From the NCBI RefSeq assembly GCF_036321535.1, contig NC_087437.1, forward strand, positions 105,216,001-105,280,000: a stretch of 64,000 bases of DNA, written 5' to 3'. The stretch's first letter is position 1; every line of letters begins with the position of its first letter. Positions 53,763 through 64,000 of this stretch are shown here, piece by piece. Under the pieces are notes generated by a model. It ran no database searches and was not told where the DNA came from. It saw only the letters and a list, made by a program, of their open reading frames with translations. This stretch comes from Camelus dromedarius. Taxonomy: Eukaryota. Both the position numbers and the translations under genes were made by a program.

Positions 53763-56700
53763 TTGACTTCTTTAATTGTCCAGAGGCCCAAGGGTGTCTG
53801 TATTTTGTATACCTGTATTCAATTTATGACACAACAAAGAGCAGAAACACAATGATTAGTAAGATCAGTTTCAGCACACTTAGATCACAATAATACTGGA
53901 AAAGGGTTTTTTCTTATGTCTAAGTGTGGAAATACATGCCCCTCAGTCAACAGTTCTAATAAGAAAACTTCTTTTATATCCTTGAAAATTATAGTTAGTG
54001 TTGTGTTTCAAAATACATAAGCTATTGCTGATATGACTAAAAGACACCAAAAGAAATCACTTACTAAAATGTGAGACAAGAGAACTACTTACCATGAAAT
54101 CTATTTCTTTCCATTTATCAAAATTTTCTCCTTTCCTAGACAGAAGCAGCCGGCAGTCTTGTTTCCCCAGGGACATACAAGCAGAACACTAACTGAAGCC
54201 ACATGAAAGGTAAGTATACTTATCCAAGTGGAAAATATGGCAAGTACATATGTTATTTATGACACCAATTAGTTCTTGAATCAACAAATAAAATAAAATG
54301 TTTTCAAAGAAAGACATCTACAGAACTCAGTATACACAGGTAAATCCAAAAGGAAATCTTAAGAGATTGAGCTGGATAATCCAAACCAAAGGAGTTATTT
54401 TCTTTGAAATACCTGTGAATAAAGGATACAGAAACTAGAGTTGTTTTGTTTTCTTGTATGTCATAAATTTTTCTCTTGGAGTGAGTAAGCCAAATATATA
54501 CTCAATGAAGAAATCCTCGTTTAAGTATTCAGAATTTTTTTTGTATTTTGGCCTCATGAAAAACATTCAGCTAGGTATTCATATGAGGAAACTGATCCTT
54601 AAAAAGTCTAAGAAATTTGATCAAGTCACCTAATAGAAAGTATAGTGCTGAAACTCATGATCGTTGCTGTCACAATACAAAATTTGCATTCATCTCGCTA
54701 AAGCAGGTTACCTCAGAATTCATTGAAATGCAAGATTTGCAATAGATTACTTAACTTTCATTATAAAGCATAGTACTCTCAAATTGAATTATGTTTGATG
54801 AAGTATTGCAAATAATTCCTTCTTGTGGCACTTTAATTTTCCTAACATGTCTTCAGTCTAAAGAGTATTAGCGTCAGATTTAACATTGTTATGTTCCATA
54901 CTGAAATTTATCTATTTAATCAGATATATTTAATCAACTTTTTATTTAAATACTTAATTGGAATCATTTTGGTTCACATTTTGGATCAACCAAGAAAGGA
55001 GTTGAACTCTTTCACACTGAGTTCATGCGCTTACAAAATGATTATGTTCATATGCAGAGTGGCTGTTAGTCATTTGTCTTCAAAAATCATTTTTACACTG
55101 AAACTAACATTAAAAAGTCTAAAACTGAGGGCTTGAAAAAATTTAGTGCTTTGCTATTCCATACAGAATATGCAGTCATTTAATTTTGGGAAGAATGATC
55201 AATATGTAGGATTTGTATGTTTAATATAAATTTGGCATCAGCAGAATAAGTGAGATAAGAGAACACAGAGAGAATGAATAAATAAATATGTGAGAAAACA
55301 TCAAAAAGATCATCTCTACTTAGGATTTTTAATGATTTTTTTCTTTATATGTTCCTTCAATTTCAGAATCTCACATAAATTACATTTATGTAAAATGTTT
55401 AAATCTTTACAACTTTTAACTCTATGATGAGTAATAATAAATTCATTTTTAACAGACACACACACAAACACACAAGATATGAAAAAAGCTAAATTCCTCT
55501 TAATAAGGCACATGGCATTTCTTGATTGGTCAGCTGTGTATTTTTCATGGGAAAGTCTATACTTCCATGGAGAGAGGTGTGAGCTGGCACTTTAGTAATA
55601 GGTTCAGAGCTGACAGGCTAAAAAAAAAAAAAAAGGAAAAGTTATTCACAATCACTGATTAGTTGTTCAGTAGATGACCCAAGTACATGCAGAAAGGTGA
55701 AACTTTTTTTATATTGATATTTGACACTTTTATAAAAAATACCACTTGAAGGAAAGGTTGGGTTTTCTGACAGTTACTTTGGAGTTAGTATTTTTTTATA
55801 TATATATATCACACATTGCTGTGAAAGACAATTATGTTTTCAATAAAAGGGGCTCTACATGTTGGATTCCTGTCCTGTTCCTGTTACCTGTTCTACCAAG
55901 GACATACAGCAAAGGGAAGAGAAAAAAAACAGTAATCAAAAGTAGTGGGTTGCTTGGGAAAATGACAACACAAAGGAGGAAGAGAAGTGAGGCTGGACGG
56001 CCAGGAAAGGTGTGAGGTGGGAAGCCATTCCAGGCCTGATGTGCTTGTCTCCAAAGAAACATCTGGAAATGCTCCTGAGAATTCTGGTTCACGATTTATC
56101 TTCCCAGCGCAGCACAGAAGGTAGCGGTTTCTCTAGGTTTTGTCTGCCAGAACAGATGCTTCTCTGTGAACAGTTGTTTTATATGCATTCCTTTTACATA
56201 ACATTGGGAGTCAGTTTACTTCTTCAAGTCATCTTGAGCGCAGTTCTTCTTCATTACAAGTGACAGTTTGGGAAAACTAATGTGCGACGTGCAGAACACT
56301 TAGCAAGATGGGAACATTAAATGTATGAATCTCTAAAGCCTTCTAGGTTGTAGAAGGACGGTACTTTACTGCAACAGCAGTCTCATTTCATCCAGTCCTG
56401 GGGGAAAAACCTTGCCTTACTTTCCAGCATAATTTGTATACTTCTCTGCCATCAAAGAGAAGTACCCTGAAGAAAATTTTCCATTTCAGTGAAATAACAA
56501 ATTAAATATCTCCCAGTTGTACCTAAAACTTGACGTTGCTAAAAAAATTTTATATTCTAAGGTAAAAGAAGTTACATTCCACTGGCATTAGCCTATAATA
56601 AAAATGGAGTGCTGTAAGATAAATGGGAAGGTGGAGAGTTAGTTCAAATTCCTAAAACTCTTTCTCTTTGATGTACCTAAATGAATAAAACTACCAAAAA

Positions 56701-57796
56701 GATCAAAATTTCATCGAGAATAAAATTAGAAGAGTCTCACTGACATTCTATATATTTTATATGTATTTATATCCGATATAAAGAAATAAAGATTATAGAG
56801 AATACCAGTAGCCAACAAACAATTCTCTGTCTCCTCTGTAAAGTGCCATGTTCTTGTAAGCACACAGAAGACATCTTGAAGGACTCCGGTAATACTCCTT
56901 TTGACTATCACAGAGCAGCCAGGACTAAAGAGGAATACAGTCCTCTAAATGATTTCTTTTCAGACTTGACATTCTAAGAAAAAAGCAAATGGAGTGGAGA
57001 CAAACTTGCTCTATAGTTGCAGTCAGAGGATGATGCCAGGCATAAGGGTCCCTTTATTGTCAGAGAAAAACCATTATGTAATAACTTACAAATCCGAAAA
57101 CTATAAACATTGTGATGTCAACTCTACTTCCATTTCTCCCCGAAATAGTTGTTTAGTATACAAGAGGAGATGAACTGATATCTGAGGACACCCTATAATG
57201 AACCAGGTTAAGTCCTGAAAATTGGTGAAGCAGCCCACAGAGATAGGGTGCTACCTATTTGGAAAGCAGTTGTGTGCATTTCTATGACTTGAATTATCTT
57301 TGGTAAGTTTTTCTTCTCTCTTTTTTCAGGCAACTGATAAATTGATTTTAGATTGGACTGTGTCACCATCCAGTATCCAACACAATTTCTCAAATGGAAG
57401 AATATAGGATATAGGAAGGTTACCTATATTTGAGCAAAGTGCAAAACTTGATAGAGTAGTTTGCCTTTAAAGCTTGATTTTATCAATTCAAGTAACCGAG
57501 TAACAATTCTAAATATATTAGTAAACAGAAAATTATTTGTTGTGTAAATCTTAAAACGATGTGTTACTTGACAGTTCAATCCATATCTGGGTTTTCATTC
57601 CATTTTCAGTTTTACTGTAATAGTTATAGATAGAAAATAGATAATACAAAATTTGAAAGATCAGAGAGCACTTGGAAGAGAACGATCTCAAGGATATTTC
57701 CAGTGGTGGATTTGGAATCTTCCAGAAGTCCAACAGAATCACTAATATAATGGTACTAAGCAGAAAGAGATATAGGGAGAGATGGAGGTGAAAGAA

Positions 57797-57822
57797 AGAC
57801 AGACAGACAGACAGACAGACAG
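57797..57822. repeat. (GACA)n microsatellite
   Basis: 'agacagacagacagacagacagacag'. Confidence 0.95.
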
Positions 57823-59480
57823 AGACATAGAGAGACAGCAAGAGAGGGAGAGAACATGAGGACAGAAAAAAGTGAAGTCTGAACGACAAGTTCTGAAGGT
57901 TTCTTGGATTAGTCCAACATGGTTGTGGGCGGTCTTTATTAAGGAAGCAGCATTACCTAGCATGAGAGGACTGATTTAGATTTTAAGGTTTGGTCTTTGA
58001 CTACAGACTGTTCCAGTGGCTTGAGTACATCACCAAGTGGGAGCCTACTCCATCTCTGAATGTTGGTGATAACAGGTTCCTTCCAACTCTGGAAAAATGA
58101 GGTTCCAAGAAGTGTGTGGACCACCGAACTGCCTTTCTTTCTAGTTCAGGTAACTGAAGCATTGTCAGTAAAAATAATCTTCAGTGGACTTTTACAATGT
58201 TTGCCGTGTGTGTTTGAATGAATAATAGTTTCTTCTTTATGCATAGGTAGTAAAGCTATAAAACAGAGCAGCAGCATTTGTAAGGCACTCATCATGTGGG
58301 AAAGGCATACAGAATGTACCAAAGGATAAGGAAACAATTGCTTCTGACCCTGATAACTGCATGGGTTACATGCACCTAAACCTTGCTCTTTACAACAAAA
58401 TAATAAAAATCAGCTTCAGAGGACATAAATGACTGCCCCAGTGAGGGGGCAGATAACGTACTCCCCTTGCGAGCTCTGAAGGGTTCATTATAAAAGGAAG
58501 AATTTCTTATCCGTAGAATCCCCTGAGGAGGAAAGGCACTGGGGAGTAGAGAAGACAAGCACAACATGAATTCTCGGAGCATTTTGGTGAGAATCTCCAT
58601 GAGCATCTGCTGCCAGACAGTAAATCCAGTGGTAACAGGCATGCAGTGTGAGGGCCTTTCTTTCTAGTATGCATGGTTAGAGTGTCTTATCCCTTCTGGC
58701 ATCACTGTTCTTATTCTATCTGAGCATAATGGGGATTGAAAGCTCCACAAGGGAAGTTAAAGAAAGGAAGTTGAAGAAAAATGTGACAGTATTAAAAAGA
58801 AAAGCTACTTCTAATAAACTTGTTTTCTTTGCATGCAATTCATTCTCATTTTCTAATTTCATCAGGTCACATGAACTATTTCTCAGTCTTCCAAGATCTG
58901 TCATTATGAATGGAAACATGCATTATCTCCTTTAATTCTACCTCTTTATTGTTGATCTCTCAGTAGGATGGAGACATATTACATGTGTACTATAATTTTC
59001 AAAAGTGAGAGGATGGAAGAGTTTAATAAGCAATAGAGACCATAATGAAACCACTTTGGCTGCTAAGGACTGGGTGAGCAAGGTCTGCTTAGAGATACAT
59101 GAAAGTATTTGTTTCAGTGAGTGTGTGGTAATACAACTTAATTTGACATTATAGATTTACAGTTAAACACAGGCAATTTCTAAAGGAAGTATTAGTGCTA
59201 TCTACCTTTCTTAACAATTATATTGTAGTTGTTTCTCTCACCCAACAAATATGTGAAATCTTCAAAATATTTCAACTACATATTTAATATATGTATCAAT
59301 TAATATTGTTTTGTAACTGGGAGGCATATAAAATAATCTAAGTATAGTAGAGAAATACCTTAGTTGAAAAAAACGGATTTTCTATAAAATGGGATCTGTC
59401 TTTGACCTGCCCTAGAGGGCTTATTTACATATGATTCTCATGAACCTTATTATAACAGGAGCATCTCAACACTAAGCAGA

Positions 59481-59528
59481 TGCCTTAGTCTGTTAGGACT
59501 GCTATGACAAACCATGATGGACTGAATG
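59481..59528 (-). mobile_element. MLT1A terminal fragment
   Basis: 'tgccttagtctgttaggactgctatgacaaaccatgatggactgaatg' resembles the left ends of the MLT1A copies at 14512 and 45734. Confidence 0.65.
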
Positions 59529-59567
59529 AGGAGGAGGGGGTAAAACTCAGTAGTAGGGCACATGCTT
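59529..59567 (+). mobile_element. 5' head of a tRNA-derived SINE (camelid Vic-1-like), truncated
   Basis: 'gaggagggggtaaaactcagtagtagggcacatgctt' matches the remembered consensus GGGGAGGGTATAGCTCAGTGGTAGAGCGCATGCTT. The A box is present; the B box and tail are absent. Confidence 0.6.
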
Positions 59568-59806
59568 CTTAAGACTGAGATTTAAGCAGAGTTACAGGGA
59601 AGCCGTCACTGTGCCCTTGATACCAGGTTAATGACAGTTGATCATCAACTGACAATCCTTCTCTGTTTTATTCTGATCATCAGAGAATGTAAATAATGAG
59701 AAAATAACACATGCAAAAAAGTAAAAATATGTGCTTTTCCCAAGCCGGAAAGTGTGAGGTGTTTTTGCTGCTTTCAGGTGAAAGTAAATTATAGAGGCAT
59801 CAGAGC

Positions 59807-60206
59807 AATTACGGGCTGAACTGTGTTTCTCAAAATTTTTATTTTGGAGCCTTAACCTCCCCACCCAGTACCTCAAAATGTGAATGTATTTGGAGATAGT
59901 GTCTCTAAAAAGGTAATTAGGTAAAATGATGGTGTTTGGAAGGGGAGCTTAATCCAGGCTGGCTGTTACCCTTACAAGAGGGGGAGATTAAGACAACAGG
60001 AGATCACCCACCACGGGGACCACTGTGTGAAGAGGCAGCATGAGAGTGGCCATCTGCAAGCAAGGAGAGAGGCCTTGGAGGAAATGAACCCTGCCAGCAC
60101 TTGATCTTGGACTTCCAGCCTCCAGAATTGTGAGAAAATAAATTTCTGTTGTGTCAGCCCCCTAGTCTATGGGATTTGGTTATGGCAATCCTAGCAGACA
60201 AATGCA
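59807..60206 (+). mobile_element. MLT1B-type solo LTR
   Basis: 'ccagtacctcaaaatgtgaatgtatttggagatag...ggccatctgcaagcaaggagagaggcc...cttccagcctccagaattgtgagaaaataaatttctgttg', with TSD agagc/agggc. Confidence 0.93.
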
Positions 60207-61235
60207 AGGGCTTCGGCCACTCCTCCTTCCACTCCATCACCAGGTGCACGAGGCAGTGTCTGTATAGGAAGGAGTCCAGATGCTTCTCCCACAAACTCTC
60301 CTAATGGCACCACAATAGCACTTTTTTAAATAAAACGGCCCGCCAGGCAGGTAGACCATACGTCTGTGCGGAGAGATGACTGGGAAGCCCACAAGTCTTT
60401 CCACTCTAGCTCATGAATCGATGGCATTTAAGTACACGCAGTGGCACATGGAAAGTCTTGCATTGGCTCTGTTGCCAGTGGCCATTCAACACAAAGGACT
60501 GACAAAGACAGGCCGGATTCTGAGACAATGATCACAGATACTGGTGATCTCCGTTCCACAGGGCAATTTGCTATAATGACTCTCCACAGATCTTGCTAGG
60601 ACTCCGTCTCCCTTCACCACAGAAGTTCTAAATTTCTGGCCTTCAGATTCTTTTTTTTTTTTCTTTCTGATGCACCCACATGGCAAGAGTAAGTAATCTT
60701 GAAGAGGAAGCAACAGAATTTTAAGAAGAGTGTTTGTGGAGAGGAAAACATTATTGCTGTATTAAGGTTCACATTTCAAGCAGTGAAAAAAACAAATTTG
60801 TTTCTGATACCTAATCACAGCTGTGAAAGACAAATCCTCCAAGAACCTAGGGATTGTGGCCAATGACAGATGAACAAATTTCAATTGCTGTAGAAAACCC
60901 ACAGGATAAAAAATGTCAGCACTCAGCAGTCTATGGTTTCTTCCAGTACAAGGATACAAGAATAGTGTTAAAGTAAGAAGGTATAATAAAGCCAAAAGCT
61001 GTCACATGAAAGGAATTCAGAAAGGCCTGAACCAGGTCTAATTGTCTCTTAAAAGGTCCCTAAGGGTGCATTTTCTCTCCTGAATAATGAATCCCTGAGA
61101 TATGCACAGAACACCTCCCAACCAATTCTTCCGAATAGTCTAAAACGCCGTGGGTCATGTTGGCACGTTCTTGTTGTATAATCAGCCCCAAAGTCACAGG
61201 CCTCGGAGGATCTTTTGTGAAAACAGTGCTAATGA

Positions 61236-61905
61236 TGTTAAACTTTACCTGAGCTCTGTGCTCCTGGACAACCATCAAGGTTAGGGAGTCCCCCACCCTT
61301 TTGTGTTTCAGGAAATGGCTACTGCAAAGAATCACCCTTCCCTATTGACATAGATAAGCCTTGTGAATGACGCCTAGTTTATCTATGACAAGACCAAGCA
61401 CAGACACTCCAGATTCCTTTTTTTGTTTTTTTCTTCAGAATGATTAGCTGAACTATTTGTACCCGCTGACCAATCTGGGCAACATACTCGGTCACTTGAC
61501 TTAAACACCAGTTAAGCCTCTACTTCCCCACAGGCCCTGAACTTTGACTGCCCTTTAAGATGAAGCAGGAGTTGGTTTGAAGAATAATCCCTCCAAAAAG
61601 ACCCCGTTCTGGAATCTACTGACTTTGGAGGGAAAAAACATTACAAACTTCCATGCCTAACTGTCTGATTACGCCACCCACCCATCCCACTCCTCCATGT
61701 CTGGTCATTCTAGACCTGGTTTCTCCTCTTTATAAGAGCAAGTTCCTTTCTGCCTGACCATTGAGGTGCTTGCAGACCTGATCTTAATATTCTCCTTATT
61801 CTAAAAGTGCCTCTCCCCTTGTTGCAGTAGATTTCTCCTTCTAGCAATTCTCCTTTTGAATGAAATCTCTCCTTATCTAAGCTTGGGTTTGTTTTGTATT
61901 TGAAA
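61236..61905 (+). mobile_element. ERV1 solo LTR (family uncertain)
   Basis: 'aaactttacctgagctctgtgctcctgga...ccccacccttttgtgtttcaggaaatggct', a CCAAT box, TATA-like 'tttataaga' and a U5-like end 'tttgttttgtatttgaaa'. Confidence 0.7.
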
Positions 61906-63590
61906 GTGTAAGTCATCAGTGTCACTGTTATTAACACATAGTGCTGGTAAGCTGCCCTCAAAACTCCATGGACACCTGGCGACACAACAATACTCTTAGT
62001 AGCATTCATAGTGTTTCAGTGTATTCCATGCCATGTATGTGGACGGGTATTTTGTATAAAATTGTATAGTTGAGAAAATCAAATAACAAATACGAAATCT
62101 GACCTAACCTGACTTAAAAATAACTACGTGGATAGTTTTTTTTTTGAAAAGCAGATAGATCTGTTGAAATATAAATTGTTCAAAATAATTTTTAAAAGGT
62201 TGAGAAGCCATCAAATTTATGTAAAGAGCTGGTTTATGTTAGATTTTCAAGCCTCACAAAAGTTCCACAAATAAAAAATAAAAATAAAAGTAATAATTAC
62301 ATTCTCTTGTATTAGTAGATGTAAAATTCTAACTAAATTAAGCAATAAACTCAAAGAATAATCTGCCACAAATGACTGAGTTTTACTTAATGGACTGTTT
62401 AATATTAAATGAGTGTTAATATGTTAATGCACAGATAGATGAAAATTTAAATAATGTTACAAATTGTATGAAATATAACATGAGAACTCAGTATTCCAGT
62501 CAACATAAAATCTGACCATAGCTAAAAATAGAAATATGCTTAGAAAAAGACCACATTTTAAAGCATAATAAAATGTTCATCTTTTTATGATAGGAGGTTC
62601 TGTTTATTTTCTTAATTATTGCTCAATTTAAATTAGTTCTACAATATATATAAATTAAGAATATAATAATAATTTGTTCAGAAATAACACACGCTGCATG
62701 AACTAAGGAGTAAAATAATCCAATTTTCACTGCAGCCCTGGACTCGAAGTACATTTTGGCTGGTAAATCTTTGTTTGCCACTCAGACATACGGGTAGGAT
62801 TAGATAAATTTGACCAGGGACTCAGGTCCCTTATTGCAAACTGCAAAATGTGAATAAACAGAGTGCCAGGACTCTGCTTGGGCAATTGTTGCTGCAGGGT
62901 AATTGGCAGCAAACATTGTTTTGCTTCTGTTGATCATTATTCCAGAGTAAGTAATTACACTTGATTGCATACAATGCTATTTTCATTAGTATTACTGATA
63001 TTGCCTGAAACAGGGATGATCCAGTCTCACTGAGATTTCACAAAGTGAGATTTTGGGGACATAGCATTTCTTCTTGCCACCCTTCAGTCTAGTGATCTTT
63101 TTGATAAGACCTGCTAGGACAGCAGAATTCTCTATTTATTTCAGTAATTCCATATTTATTTTGTGATTTTTTTCAATTGTTCTTTTTTCCTTCTGCCTTT
63201 CAATTCAATTCATAGCACTTCACAGAGAAATAAGAATCAAAAAAGATAAGTCAAATATATCTACTAAAGCACAGATTTTAATCCTCTTTTATAATTAAAG
63301 TAAGTGAGCTAAAAAACAGTAAAGTATTTGATGCAATAAATAGCTTAATACTATTGTCTTTTCCTGAGAAAATAGTCACATAGACTTCATAGAGAGAATT
63401 TCTTAGATACTTTTTATAACAATTTCTTGTCCTAACTAACCTCTAGTTAAAATAAATAAATAACTAGTTACATTAAATATAAATAAATAAATATGGTATA
63501 AAGTAAATGAGGCATCTTTTGGGACTTAAATTAAATAAATTGTAATGTCTATGATCTTGCAAATTATGATTTTTTTTTCTATTGTGAAGA

Positions 63591-63921
63591 TGCTATGGAC
63601 TGAATTATGTTTCCCGTAAATTCACTTGTTGAATTCCTAACCCCAATGTGACAATATTTGGAGATAAGACTTTTAAGAGTTAATTAAGGTTAAATGAGGT
63701 CACAAGGGCAGGGTCTTATTCTGGTCGGACTGGTGGCCTTTTAAGAATTGGAAGAAAGCAACCATCTAAAAGGCAAGAAGAGTACTCTCACCAGAACCCA
63801 ATCATGCTGGCACTTTGATTTCAGATTTCCAGTCTCCAAAACTGTGAGAAAACAAATTTCTTTAGTTTAAGCTACTTAATTACGTTTCATTTCATTATGG
63901 CAGCTAGAACAGACTAAGATG
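63591..63921 (+). mobile_element. MLT1A/B-type solo LTR
   Basis: 'tgctatggactgaatt...taattaaggttaaatgaggtcac...ccagtctccaaaactgtgagaaaacaaatttc...gactaagatg'. Confidence 0.92.
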
Positions 63922-64000
63922 CATGATTTTAACCAAACATTTTAACTTTTTCAACTGAGGTACAAAGACATGTAAAATTGAGACCATTTCTAAAAAGATG

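Noticed and set aside
59529..59567. tRNA gene
   Set aside because: Only an A-box-like head is present, with no B box or cloverleaf.
335..62912. The short ORFs in the supplied track as host genes
   Set aside because: All are 140 aa or shorter. They are L1 sense/antisense frames, LTR-derived or low-complexity, and the only recognisable domains are L1 ORF2 fragments.
1..64000. CRISPR array, operon or other prokaryotic-type system
   Set aside because: I see no regularly spaced repeat-spacer array and no dense coding. The repeat content is clearly mammalian.

Overview
AT-rich, non-coding mammalian genomic DNA (gene desert or large intron). I recognise no host protein-coding exon, RNA gene or CRISPR array. 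Much of the window is decayed interspersed repeats: LINE-1 (a 3.1-kb ORF1/ORF2 fragment and many short 3' tails, some with intact target-site duplications, TSDs), L2, MIR, MaLR/ERVL/ERV1 solo LTRs and hAT elements (MER63, MER102). The host is probably a camelid (inference), based on a cetartiodactyl-type L1 3' UTR, a Vic-1-like SINE head at 59529, and no Alu, SINEC, BovB/Bov-tA, PRE1 or CHR-2 elements that I could see. The main anomaly is a ~1-kb GC/CpG-rich block at ~51380-52330. It carries NRF1/Sp1/CRE-like motifs and a minus-strand splice donor, and it abuts an L1 fragment whose substitutions look skewed toward G/C. It may be an orphan promoter, a GC-biased gene-conversion peak or a retroposed/duplicated insert. 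Repeat family names come from remembered consensus sequences, not a search, and boundaries are approximate unless TSDs are given. I found no convincing new multi-gene system.
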